Assembly: GCA_964016885.1 (NCBI GenBank)
Contig: OZ024740.1
Coordinates: forward strand, 228,594,001 to 228,658,000
DNA length: 64,000 nucleotides
DNA from: Eledone cirrhosa
Lineage: Eukaryota
Reading direction: 5' to 3'
In this document: positions 41,290-56,074 of the stretch, piece by piece
Numbering within the stretch: position 1 is the stretch's first letter
Layout of the letters: each line of letters starts with the position of its first letter
Program-made: the position numbers and the translations under genes
Notes under the pieces: model-generated
What the model was told of the DNA's origin: nothing
What the model saw: the letters and a program-made list of their open reading frames with translations, nothing else
Database searches by the model: none

Positions 41290-44200
41290 CATTTTAGTCA
41301 TTGAACACAATTACAGTGTACAACAGTCATTTTAGTCATTGAACACAATTACAGTGTACAATAGTCATTTTAGTCATTGAACACAAATTACAGTGTACAA
41401 CGGTCATTTTAGTCATTGAACACAATTACAGTGTACAACGGTCATTTTAGTCATTGAACACAATTACAGTGTACAACGGTCATTTTAGTCATTGAACACA
41501 ATTACAGTGTACAACAGTCATTTTAGTCATTGAACACAATTACAGTGTACAACGGTCATTTTAGTCATTGAACACAATTACAGTGTACAACGGTCATTTT
41601 AGTCATTGAACACAATTACAGTGTACAACAGTCATTTTAGTCATTGAACACAATTACAGTGTACAACGGTCATTTTAGTCATTGAACACAATTACAGTGT
41701 ACAACGGTCATTTTAGTCATTGAACACAATTACAGTGTACAACGGTCATTTTAGTCATTGAACACAATTACAGTGTACAACAGTCATTTTAGTCATTGAA
41801 CACAATTACAGTGTACAACAGTCATTTTAGTCATTGAACACAATTACAGTGTACAATAGTCATTTTAGTCATTGAACACAATTACAGTGTACAATAGTCA
41901 TTTTAGTCATTGAACACAATTACAGTGTACAATAGTCATTTTAGTCATTGAACACAATTACAGTGTAGAACAGTCATTTTAGTCATTGAACACAATTACA
42001 GTGTACAATAGTCATTTTAGTCATTGAACACAAATTACAGTGTACGATAGTCATTTTAGTCATTGAACACAATTACAGTGTACAATAGTCATTTTAGTCA
42101 TTGAACACAATTACAGTGTACAACAGTCATTTTAGTCATTGTACACAATTACAGTGTACAATAGTCATTTTAGTCATTGTACACAATTACAGTGTACAAT
42201 AGTCATTTAGTCATTGAACACAATTACAGTGTACAATAGTCATTTTAGTCATTGAACACTATTACAGTGTACAATAGACATTTTAGTCATTGAACACAAT
42301 TACAGTGTACAATAGTCATTTTAGTCATTGAACACAATTACAGTGTACAATAGTCATTTTAGTCATTGAACACAATTACAGTGTACAACAGTCATTTTAG
42401 TCATTGTACACAATTACAGTGTACAATAGTCATTTTAGTCATTGTACACAATTACAGTGTACAATAGTCATTTAGTCATTGAACACAATTACAGTGTACA
42501 ATAGTCATTTTAGTCATTGAACACTATTACAGTGTACAATAGTCATTTTAGTCATTGAACACAATTACAGTGTACAATAGTCATTTTAGTCATTGAACAC
42601 AATTACAGTGTACAATAGTCATTTTAGTCATTGAACACAATTACAGTGTACAATAGTCATTTTAGTCATTGGACACAATTACACTGTACAATAGTCATTT
42701 TAGTCATTGTACACAATTACAGTGTACAATAGTCATTTTAGTCATAGAACACAATTACAGTGTACAATAGTCATTTTAGTCATTGAACACAATTACAGTG
42801 TACAATAGTCATTTTAGTCATCGTACACAATTACAGTGTACAATAGTCATTTTAGTCATTGAACACAATTACAGTGTACAATAGTCATTTTAGTCATTGA
42901 ACACAATTACAGTGTACAATAGTCATTTTAGTTATTGAACACAATTACAGTGTACGATAGTCATTTTAGTTATTGAACACAATTACAGTGTACGATAGTC
43001 ATTTTAGTCATTGAACACAATTACAGTGTACGATAGTCATTTTAGTCATTGAACACAATTACAGTGTACGATAGTCATTTTAGTCATTGTACACAATTAC
43101 AGTGTACAATAGTCATTTTAGTCATTGAACACAATTACAGTGTACAATAGTCATTTTAGTCATTGAACACAATTACAGTGTACAATAGTCATTTTAGTCA
43201 TTGAACACAATTACAGTGTACAATAGTCATTTTAGTCATTGAACACAATTACAGTGTACAATAGTCATTTTAGTCATTGAACACAATTACGGTGTACAAC
43301 AGTCATTTTAGTCATTGAACCCAATTACAGTGTACAAGAGTCATTTTAGTCATTGAACACAATTACAGTGTACAATAGTCATTTTAGTCATTGAACACAA
43401 TTACAGTGTACAATAGTCATTTTAGTCATTGAACACAATTACAGTGTACAACAGTCATTTTAGTCATTGAACACAATTACAGTGTACAATAGTCATTTTA
43501 GTCATTGAACACAAATTACAGTGTACAACGGTCATTTTAGTCATTGAACACAATTACAGTGTACAACGGTCATTTTAGTCATTGAACACAATTACAGTGT
43601 ACAACGGTCATTTTAGTCATTGAACACAATTACAGTGTACAACAGTCATTTTAGTCATTGAACACAATTACAGTGTACAACGGTCATTTTAGTCATTGAA
43701 CACAATTACAGTGTACAACGGTCATTTTAGTCATTGAACACAATTACAGTGTACAACAGTCATTTTAGTCATTGAACACAATTACAGTGTACAACGGTCA
43801 TTTTAGTCATTGAACACAATTACAGTGTACAACGGTCATTTTAGTCATTGAACACAATTACAGTGTACAACGGTCATTTTAGTCATTGAACACAATTACA
43901 GTGTACAACAGTCATTTTAGTCATTGAACACAATTACAGTGTACAACAGTCATTTTAGTCATTGAACACAATTACAGTGTACAATAGTCATTTTAGTCAT
44001 TGAACACAATTACAGTGTACAATAGTCATTTTAGTCATTGAACACAATTACAGTGTACAATAGTCATTTTAGTCATTGAACACAATTACAGTGTAGAACA
44101 GTCATTTTAGTCATTGAACACAATTACAGTGTACAATAGTCATTTTAGTCATTGAACACAAATTACAGTGTACGATAGTCATTTTAGTCATTGAACACAA

Positions 44201-45490
44201 TTACAGTGTACAATAGTCATTTTAGTCATTGAACACAATTACAGTGTACAACAGTCATTTTAGTCATTGTACACAATTACAGTGTACAATAGTCATTTTA
44301 GTCATTGTACACAATTACAGTGTACAATAGTCATTTAGTCATTGAACACAATTACAGTGTACAATAGTCATTTTAGTCATTGAACACTATTACAGTGTAC
44401 AATAGACATTTTAGTCATTGAACACAATTACAGTGTACAATAGTCATTTTAGTCATTGAACACAATTACAGTGTACAATAGTCATTTTAGTCATTGAACA
44501 CAATTACAGTGTACAACAGTCATTTTAGTCATTGTACACAATTACAGTGTACAATAGTCATTTTAGTCATTGTACACAATTACAGTGTACAATAGTCATT
44601 TAGTCATTGAACACAATTACAGTGTACAATAGTCATTTTAGTCATTGAACACTATTACAGTGTACAATAGTCATTTTAGTCATTGAACACAATTACAGTG
44701 TACAATAGTCATTTTAGTCATTGAACACAATTACAGTGTACAATAGTCATTTTAGTCATTGAACACAATTACAGTGTACAATAGTCATTTTAGTCATTGG
44801 ACACAATTACACTGTACAATAGTCATTTTAGTCATTGTACACAATTACAGTGTACAATAGTCATTTTAGTCATAGAACACAATTACAGTGTACAATAGTC
44901 ATTTTAGTCATTGAACACAATTACAGTGTACAATAGTCATTTTAGTCATCGTACACAATTACAGTGTACAATAGTCATTTTAGTCATTGAACACAATTAC
45001 AGTGTACAATAGTCATTTTAGTCATTGAACACAATTACAGTGTACAATAGTCATTTTAGTTATTGAACACAATTACAGTGTACGATAGTCATTTTAGTTA
45101 TTGAACACAATTACAGTGTACGATAGTCATTTTAGTCATTGAACACAATTACAGTGTACGATAGTCATTTTAGTCATTGAACACAATTACAGTGTACGAT
45201 AGTCATTTTAGTCATTGTACACAATTACAGTGTACAATAGTCATTTTAGTCATTGAACACAATTACAGTGTACAATAGTCATTTTAGTCATTGAACACAA
45301 TTACAGTGTACAATAGTCATTTTAGTCATTGAACACAATTACAGTGTACAATAGTCATTTTAGTCATTGAACACAATTACAGTGTACAATAGTCATTTTA
45401 GTCATTGAACACAATTACGGTGTACAACAGTCATTTTAGTCATTGAACCCAATTACAGTGTACAAGAGTCATTTTAGTCATTGAACACAA
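41290..45490 (+). repeat. 2128-bp (56-monomer length) near-identical tandem duplication
   Basis: AACGG runs start at 41399 and 43527, and the private GAACCC variant lies at 43317 and 45445, both at offset 2128. The private AATAGAC monomer and ACACTG variants are shared. Confidence 0.88.
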
Positions 45491-48400
45491 TTACAGTGTA
45501 CAATAGTCATGTTAGTCATTGTACACAATTACAGTGTACAATAGTCATTTTAGTCATTGAACACAATTACAGAGTACAATAGTCATTTTAGTCATTGTAC
45601 ACAATTACAGTGTACAATAGTCATTTTAGTCATTGTACACAATTACAGTGTACAATAGTCATTTTATTCATTGAACACAATTACAGTGTACAATAATTAT
45701 TTTAGTCATTGAACACAATTACAGTGTACAATAGTCATTTTAGTCATTGAACACAATTACAGTGTACAATAGTCATTTTAGTCATTGTACACAATTACAG
45801 TGTACAAGAGTCATTTTAGTTATTGAACACAATGACAGTGTACAAGAGTCATTTTAGTCATTGTACACAATTACAGTGTACAATAGTCATTTTAGTCATT
45901 GTACACAATTACTGTGTACAAGAGTCATTTTAGTTATTGAACACAATTACAGTGTACTATAGTCATTTTAGTCATTGTACACAATTACAGTGTACAAGAG
46001 TCATTTTAGTTATTGAACACAATTACAGTGTACAATAGTCATTTTAGTCATTGAACACAATTACATTGTACAATAGTCATTTTAGTCATTGAACACAATT
46101 ACAGTGTACAACAGTCATTTTAGTCATTGAACACAATTACAGTGTACAAGAGTCATTTTAGTCATTGAACACAATTACAGTGTACAATAGTCATGTTTGT
46201 CAATGTACACAATTACAGTGTACAATACTCATTTTAGTCATTGAACACAATTACAGTGTACAATAGTCATTTTAGTCATTGAACACAATTACAGTGTACA
46301 ATAGTCATTTTAGTTATTGAACACAATTACAGTGTACAACAGTCATTTTAGTCATTGAACACAATTACAGTGTACAACAGTCATTTTAGTCATTGAACAC
46401 AATTACAGTGTACAACAGTCATTTTAGTCATTGAACACAATTACAGTGTACAATAGTCATTTTAGTCATTGAACACAATTACAGTGTACAATAGTCATTT
46501 TAGTCATTGAACACAATTACAGTGTACAAAAGTCATTTTAGTCATTGAACACAATTACAGTGTACAACAGTCATTTTAGTCATTGAACACAATTACAGTG
46601 TACAACAGTCATTTTAGTCATTGAACACAATTACAGTGTACAACAGTCATTTTAGTCATTGAACACAATTACAGTGTACAATATTCATTTTAGTCATTGA
46701 ACACAATTACAGTGTACAATAGTCATTTTAGTCATTGTACACAATTACAGTGTACAATAGTCATTTTAGTCATTGAACATAATTACAGTGTACAATAGTC
46801 ATTTTAGTCATTGAACACAATTACAGTGTACAATAGTCATTTTAGTCATTGAACACAATTACAGTGTACAATAGTCATTTTAGTCATTGAACACAATTAC
46901 AGTGTACAATAGTCATTTTAGTAATTGAACACAATTACAGTGTACAATAGTCATTTTAGTCATTGAACACAATTACAGTGTACAATAGTCATTTTAGTCA
47001 TTGAACACAATTACAGTGTATAATAGTCATTTTAGTCATTGAACACAATTATAGCGTACAATAGTCATTTTAGTTATTGAACACAATTAGAGTGTACAAT
47101 AGTCATTTTAGTCATTGAACACAATTATAGTGTACAATAGTCATTTTAGTTATTGAACACATTTACAGTGTACAATAGTCATTTTAGTTATTGTACACAA
47201 TTACAGTGTACAATAGTCATTTTAGTCATTGAACACAATTACAGTGTAAAATAGTCATTTTAGTCATTGAACACAATTACAGTGTACAATAGTCATTTTA
47301 GTCATTGAATACAATTACAGTGTACAATAGTCATTTTAGTCATTGAACACAATTACAGTGTACAATAGTCATTTTTGTCATTGAACACAATTACAGTGTA
47401 CAATAGTCATTTTAGTCATTGAACACAATTATAGTGTACAACAGTCATTTTAGTTATTGAACACAATTACAGTGTACTATAGACATTTTAGTCATTGAAC
47501 ACATTTACAGTGTACAATAGTCATTTTAGTCATTGAACACAATTACAGTGTACAATAGTCATTTTAGTCATTGAACACAATTACAGTGTACAAGAGTCAT
47601 ATTAGTCATTGAACACAATTACAATGTACAATAGTTATTTTAGTTATTGAACACAATTACAGTGTACTATAGACATTTTAGTCATTGAACACAATTACAG
47701 TGTACAATAGTCATTTTAGTTATTGTACACAATTACAGTGTATAATAGTCATTTTATTCATTGAACACAATTACAGTGTACAATAGTCATTTTAGTCATT
47801 GAACACAATTACAGTGTACAATAGTCATTTTAGTCATTGAACACAATTACAGTGTACTATAGTCATTTTAGTCATTGAACACAATTACAGTGTACAATAG
47901 TCATTTTAGTCATTGAACACAATTACAGTGTACAATAGTTATTTTAGTCATTGAACACAATTACAGTGTACAATAGTCATTTTAGTCATTGAACACAATT
48001 ACAGTGTACAATAGTCATTTTAGTCATTGAACACAATTACAGTGTACTATAGTCATTTTAGTCATTGAACACAATTACAGTGTACAATAGTCATTTTAGT
48101 CATTGAACACTATTACAGTGTACTATAGTCATTTTAGTCATTGAACACAATTACAGTGTACTATAGTCATTTTAGTCATTAAACACAATTACAGTGTACA
48201 ATAGTCATTTTAGTCATTGAACACAATTACAGTGTACTATAGTCATTTTAGTCATTGAACACAATTACAGTGTACAATAGTCATTTTATTCATTGAACAC
48301 AATTACAGTGTACAATAGTCATTTTAGTCATTGAACACAATTACAGTGTACAATAGTAATTTTAGTCATTGAACACAATTACAGTGTACAATAGTCATTT

Positions 48401-48579
48401 TAGTCATTGAACACAATTACAGTGTTCTATAGTCATTTTAGTCATTGAACACAATTACAGTGTACAACAGTCATTTTAGTCATTGAACACAATTACAGTG
48501 TACAATAGTCATTTTAGTCATTGAACACAATTACAGGGTACAATAGTCATTTTAGTCATTGAACACAATTACAGTGTAC

Positions 48580-48953
48580 AATAGTCATTTTAGTCATTAC
48601 AATTACAGTGTACAATAGTCATTTTAGTCATTACAATTACAGTGTACAATAGTCATTTTAGTCATTACAATTACAGTGTACAAGAGTCATTTTAGTCATT
48701 ACAATTACAGTGTTCAATAGTCATTTTAGTCATTACAATTACAGTGTACAATAGTCATTTTAGTCATTACAATTACAGTGTACAATAGTCATTTTAGTCA
48801 TTACAATTACAGTGTACAAGAGTCATTTTAGTCATTACAATTACAGTGTACAATAGTCATTTTAGTCATTACAATTACAGTGTACAATAGTCATTTTAGT
48901 CATTACAATTACAGTGTACAATAGTCATTTTAGTCATTACAATTACAGTGTAC
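48580..48953 (+). repeat. Run of 11 x 34-bp deletion monomers (GAAC deleted)
   Basis: The unit is AATAGTCATTTTAGTCATT-ACAATTACAGTGTAC, and 374 bp = 11 x 34. Confidence 0.95.
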
Positions 48954-51271
48954 AAGAGTCATTTTAGTCATTGAACACAATTACAGTGTACAACAGTCAT
49001 TTTAGTCATTGAACACAATTACAGTGTACAAGAGTCATTTTAGTCATTGAACACAATTACAGTGTACAATAGTCATGTTTGTCAATGTACACAATTACAG
49101 TGTACAATACTCATTTTAGTCATTGAACACAATTACAGTGTACAATAGTCATTTTAGTCATTGAACACAATTACAGTGTACAATAGTCATTTTAGTTATT
49201 GAACACAATTACAGTGTACAACAGTCATTTTAGTCATTGAACACAATTACAGTGTACAACAGTCATTTTAGTCATTGAACACAATTACAGTGTACAACAG
49301 TCATTTTAGTCATTGAACACAATTACAGTGTACAATAGTCATTTTAGTCATTGAACACAATTACAGTGTACAATAGTCATTTTAGTCATTGAACACAATT
49401 ACAGTGTACAATAGTCATTTTAGTCATTGAACACAATTACAGTGTACAACAGTCATTTTAGTCATTGAACACAATTACAGTGTACAACAGTCATTTTAGT
49501 CATTGAACACAATTACAGTGTACAACAGTCATTTTAGTCATTGAACACAATTACAGTGTACAATATTCATTTTAGTCATTGAACACAATTACAGTGTACA
49601 ATAGTCATTTTAGTCATTGTACACAATTACAGTGTACAATAGTCATTTTAGTCATTGAACATAATTACAGTGTACAATAGTCATTTTAGTCATTGAACAC
49701 AATTACAGTGTACAATAGTCATTTTAGTCATTGAACACAATTACAGTGTACAATAGTCATTTTAGTCATTGAACACAATTACAGTGTACAATAGTCATTT
49801 TAGTAATTGAACACAATTACAGTGTACAATAGTCATTTTAGTCATTGAACACATTTACAGTGTACAATAGTCATTTTAGTTATTGTACACAATTACAGTG
49901 TACAATAGTCATTTTAGTCATTGAACACAATTACAGTGTAAAATAGTCATTTTAGTCATTGAACACAATTACAGTGTACAATAGTCATTTTAGTCATTGA
50001 ATACAATTACAGTGTACAATAGTCATTTTAGTCATTGAACACAATTACAGTGTACAATAGTCATTTTTGTCATTGAACACAATTACAGTGTACAATAGTC
50101 ATTTTAGTCATTGAACACAATTATAGTGTACAACAGTCATTTTAGTTATTGAACACAATTACAGTGTACTATAGACATTTTAGTCATTGAACACATTTAC
50201 AGTGTACAATAGTCATTTTAGTCATTGAACACAATTACAGTGTACAATAGTCATTTTAGTCATTGAACACAATTACAGTGTACAAGAGTCATATTAGTCA
50301 TTGAACACAATTACAATGTACAATAGTTATTTTAGTTATTGAACACAATTACAGTGTACTATAGACATTTTAGTCATTGAACACAATTACAGTGTACAAT
50401 AGTCATTTTAGTTATTGTACACAATTACAGTGTATAATAGTCATTTTATTCATTGAACACAATTACAGTGTACAATAGTCATTTTAGTCATTGAACACAA
50501 TTACAGTGTACAATAGTCATTTTAGTCATTGAACACAATTACAGTGTACTATAGTCATTTTAGTCATTGAACACAATTACAGTGTACAATAGTCATTTTA
50601 GTCATTGAACACAATTACAGTGTACAATAGTTATTTTAGTCATTGAACACAATTACAGTGTACAATAGTCATTTTAGTCATTGAACACAATTACAGTGTA
50701 CAATAGTCATTTTAGTCATTGAACACAATTACAGTGTACTATAGTCATTTTAGTCATTGAACACAATTACAGTGTACAATAGTCATTTTAGTCATTGAAC
50801 ACTATTACAGTGTACTATAGTCATTTTAGTCATTGAACACAATTACAGTGTACTATAGTCATTTTAGTCATTAAACACAATTACAGTGTACAATAGTCAT
50901 TTTAGTCATTGAACACAATTACAGTGTACTATAGTCATTTTAGTCATTGAACACAATTACAGTGTACAATAGTCATTTTATTCATTGAACACAATTACAG
51001 TGTACAATAGTCATTTTAGTCATTGAACACAATTACAGTGTACAATAGTCATTTTAGTCATTGAACACAATTACAGTGTACAATAGTCATTTTAGTCATT
51101 GAACACAATTACAGTGTTCTATAGTCATTTTAGTCATTGAACACAATTACAGTGTACAACAGTCATTTTAGTCATTGAACACAATTACAGTGTACAATAG
51201 TCATTTTAGTCATTGAACACAATTACAGGGTACAATAGTCATTTTAGTCATTGAACACAATTACAGTGTAC

Positions 51272-51645
51272 AATAGTCATTTTAGTCATTACAATTACAG
51301 TGTACAATAGTCATTTTAGTCATTACAATTACAGTGTACAATAGTCATTTTAGTCATTACAATTACAGTGTACAAGAGTCATTTTAGTCATTACAATTAC
51401 AGTGTTCAATAGTCATTTTAGTCATTACAATTACAGTGTACAATAGTCATTTTAGTCATTACAATTACAGTGTACAATAGTCATTTTAGTCATTACAATT
51501 ACAGTGTACAAGAGTCATTTTAGTCATTACAATTACAGTGTACAATAGTCATTTTAGTCATTACAATTACAGTGTACAATAGTCATTTTAGTCATTACAA
51601 TTACAGTGTACAATAGTCATTTTAGTCATTACAATTACAGTGTAC
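51272..51645 (+). repeat. Run of 11 x 34-bp deletion monomers
   Basis: The internal variant order (AAGAG, GTGTTCAA) is the same as in 48580-48953. Confidence 0.95.
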
Positions 51646-52975
51646 AAGAGTCATTTTAGTCATTGAACACAATTACAGTGTACAACAGTCATTTTAGTCA
51701 TTGAACACAATTACAGTGTATAACAGTCATTTTAGTCATTGAACACAATTACAGTGTACAATAGTCATTTTAGTCATTGAACACAATTACAGTGTACTAT
51801 AGTCATTTTAGTCATTGAACACAATTACAGTGTACAATAGTCATTTTATTCATTGAACACAATTACAGTGTACAATAGTCATTTTAGTCATTGAACACAA
51901 TTACAGTGTACAATAGTCATTTTAGTCATTGAACACAATTACAGTGTACAATAGTCATTTTAGTCATTGAACACAATTACAGTGTACAATAGTCATTTTA
52001 GTAATTGAACACAATTACAGTGTACAATAGTCATTTTAGTCATTGAACACAATTACAGTGTACAATAGTCATTTTAGTCATTGAACACAATTACAGTGTA
52101 TAATAGTCATTTTAGTCATTGAACACAATTATAGCGTACAATAGTCATTTTAGTTATTGAACACAATTAGAGTGTACAATAGTCATTTTAGTCATTGAAC
52201 ACAATTATAGTGTACAATAGTCATTTTAGTTATTGAACACATTTACAGTGTACAATAGTCATTTTAGTTATTGTACACAATTACAGTGTACAATAGTCAT
52301 TTTAGTCATTGAACACAATTACAGTGTAAAATAGTCATTTTAGTCATTGAACACAATTACAGTGTACAATAGTCATTTTAGTCATTGAATACAATTACAG
52401 TGTACAATAGTCATTTTAGTCATTGAACACAATTACAGTGTACAATAGTCATTTTTGTCATTGAACACAATTACAGTGTACAATAGTCATTTTAGTCATT
52501 GAACACAATTATAGTGTACAACAGTCATTTTAGTTATTGAACACAATTACAGTGTACTATAGACATTTTAGTCATTGAACACATTTACAGTGTACAATAG
52601 TCATTTTAGTCATTGAACACAATTACAGTGTACAATAGTCATTTTAGTCATTGAACACAATTACAGTGTACAAGAGTCATATTAGTCATTGAACACAATT
52701 ACAATGTACAATAGTTATTTTAGTTATTGAACACAATTACAGTGTACTATAGACATTGTAGTCATTGAACACAATTACAGTGTACAATAGTCATTTTAGT
52801 TATTGTACACAATTACAGTGTATAATAGTCATTTTATTCATTGAACACAATTACAGTGTACAATAGTCATTTTAGTCATTGAACACAATTACAGTGTACA
52901 ATAGTCATTTTAGTCATTGAACACAATTACAGTGTACAACAGTCATTTTAGTCATTGAACACAATTACATTGTAC

Positions 52976-53213
52976 AATAGTCATTTTAGTCATTACAATT
53001 ACAGTGTACAATAGTCATTTTAGTCATTACAATTACAGTGTACAAGAGTCATTTTAGTCATTACAATTACAGTGTACAAGAGTCATTTTAGTCATTACAA
53101 TTACAGTGTACAATAGTCATTTTAGTCATTACAATTACAGTGTACAATAGTCATTTTAGTCATTACAATTACAGTGTACAATAGTCATTTTAGTCATTAC
53201 AATTACAGTGTAC
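52976..53213 (+). repeat. Run of 7 x 34-bp deletion monomers
   Basis: 238 bp = 7 x 34, preceded by an ACATTGTAC variant monomer. Confidence 0.93.
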
Positions 53214-55836
53214 AAGAGTCATTTTAGTCATTGAACACAATTACAGTGTACAACAGTCATTTTAGTCATTGAACACAATTACAGTGTATAACAGTCATTT
53301 TAGTCATTGAACACAATTACAGTGTACAATAGTCATTTTAGTCATTGAACAAAATTACGGTGTACAATAGTCATTTTAGTCATTGAACACAATTACAGTG
53401 TACAATAGTCATTTTAGTTATTGAACACAATTACAGTGTACAATAGTCATTTTAGTCATTGAACACAATTACAGTGTACCACAGTCATTTTAGTCATTGA
53501 ACACAATTACAGTGTACAATAGTCATTTTAGTCATTGAACACAAATTACAGTGTACAATAGTCATTTTAGTCTTTGAACACTATTACAGTGTACAATAGT
53601 CATTTTAGTCATTGAACACAATTACAGTGTACAATAGTCATTTTAGTCATTGAACACAATTACAGTGTACAAGAGTCATTTTAGTTATTGAACACAATTA
53701 CAGTGTACAACAGTCATTTTAGTCATTGAACACAATTACAGTGTACAACAGTCATTTTAGTCATTGAACACAATTACAGTGTACAACAGTCATTTTAGTC
53801 ATTGAACACAATTACAGTGTACAATAGTCATTTTAGTCATTGAACACAATTACAGTGTGCAATAGTCATTTTAGTCATTGAACACAATTACAGTGTACAA
53901 TAGTCATTTTAGTCATTGAACACAATTACAGTGTACAACAGTCATTTTAGTCATTGAACACAATTACAGTGTACAATAGTCATTTTAGTCATTGAACACA
54001 ATTACAGTGTACAACAGTCATTTTAGTCATTGAACACAATTACATTGTACAATAGTCATTTTAGTCATTGAACACAATTACAGTGTACAATAGTCATTTT
54101 AGTCATTGTACACAATTACAGTGTAAAATAGTCATTTTAGTCATTGAACATAATTACAGTGTACAATAGTCATTTTAGTTATTGAACACAATTACAGTGT
54201 ACAATAGTCATTTTAGTCATTGAACACAATTATAGTGTACAATAGTCATTTTAGTTATTGAACACATTTACAGTGTACAATAGTCATTTTAGTCATTGAA
54301 CACAATTACAGTGTACAATAGTCATTTTAGTCATTGAACACAATTTCAGTGTAATATAGTCATTTTAGTCATTGAACACAATTACAGTGTACAATAGTCA
54401 TTTTAGTCATTGAACACAATTACAGTGTACAATAGTCATTTTAGTTATTGTACACAATTACAGTGTACAATAGTCATTTTAGTCATTGAACACAATTACA
54501 GTGTACAATAGTCATTTTAGTAATTGAACACAATTACAGTGTACAATAGTCATTTTAGTCATTGAACACAATTTCAGTGTAATATAGTCATTTTAGTCAT
54601 TGAACACAATTACAGTGTACAATAGTCATTTTAGTCATTGTACACAATTACAGTGTACAATAGTCATTTTAGTCATTGAACACAATTACAGTGTATAACA
54701 GTCATTTTAGTCATTGAACACAATTACAGTGTACAATAGTCATTTTAGTCATTGAACACAATTACAGTGTACTATAGTCATTTTAGTCATTGAACACAAT
54801 TACAGTGTACAATAGTCATTTTATTCATTGAACACAATTACAGTGTACAATAGTCATTTTAGTCATTGAACACAATTACAGTGTACAATAGTCATTTTAG
54901 TCATTGAACACAATTACAGTGTACAATAGTCATTTTAGTCATTGAACACAATTACAGTGTACAATAGTCATTTTAGTAATTGAACACAATTACAGTGTAC
55001 AATAGTCATTTTAGTCATTGAACACAATTACAGTGTACAATAGTCATTTTAGTCATTGAACACAATTACAGTGTATAATAGTCATTTTAGTCATTGAACA
55101 CAATTATAGCGTACAATAGTCATTTTAGTTATTGAACACAATTAGAGTGTACAATAGTCATTTTAGTCATTGAACACAATTATAGTGTACAATAGTCATT
55201 TTAGTTATTGAACATATTTACAGTGTACAATAGTCATTTTAGTTATTGTACACAATTACAGTGTACAATAGTCATTTTAGTCATTGAACACAATTACAGT
55301 GTAAAATAGTCATTTTAGTCATTGAACACAATTACAGTGTACAATAGTCATTTTAGTCATTGAATACAATTACAGTGTACAATAGTCATTTTAGTCATTG
55401 AACACAATTACAGTGTACAATAGTCATTTTTGTCATTGAACACAATTACAGTGTACAATAGTCATTTTAGTCATTGAACACAATTACAGTGTACAATAGT
55501 CATTTTAGTCATTGAACACAATTACAGTGTACAAGAGTCATATTAGTCATTGAACACAATTACAATGTACAATAGTTATTTTAGTTATTGAACACAATTA
55601 CAGTGTACTATAGACATTGTAGTCATTGAACACAATTACAGTGTACAATAGTCATTTTAGTTATTGTACACAATTACAGTGTATAATAGTCATTTTATTC
55701 ATTGAACACAATTACAGTGTACAATAGTCATTTTAGTCATTGAACACAATTACAGTGTACAATAGTCATTTTAGTCATTGAACACAATTACAGTGTACAA
55801 CAGTCATTTTAGTCATTGAACACAATTACATTGTAC

Positions 55837-56074
55837 AATAGTCATTTTAGTCATTACAATTACAGTGTACAATAGTCATTTTAGTCATTACAATTACAGT
55901 GTACAAGAGTCATTTTAGTCATTACAATTACAGTGTACAAGAGTCATTTTAGTCATTACAATTACAGTGTACAATAGTCATTTTAGTCATTACAATTACA
56001 GTGTACAATAGTCATTTTAGTCATTACAATTACAGTGTACAATAGTCATTTTAGTCATTACAATTACAGTGTAC
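55837..56074 (+). repeat. Run of 7 x 34-bp deletion monomers
   Basis: 238 bp = 7 x 34, with the same flanks as 52976-53213. Confidence 0.93.
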
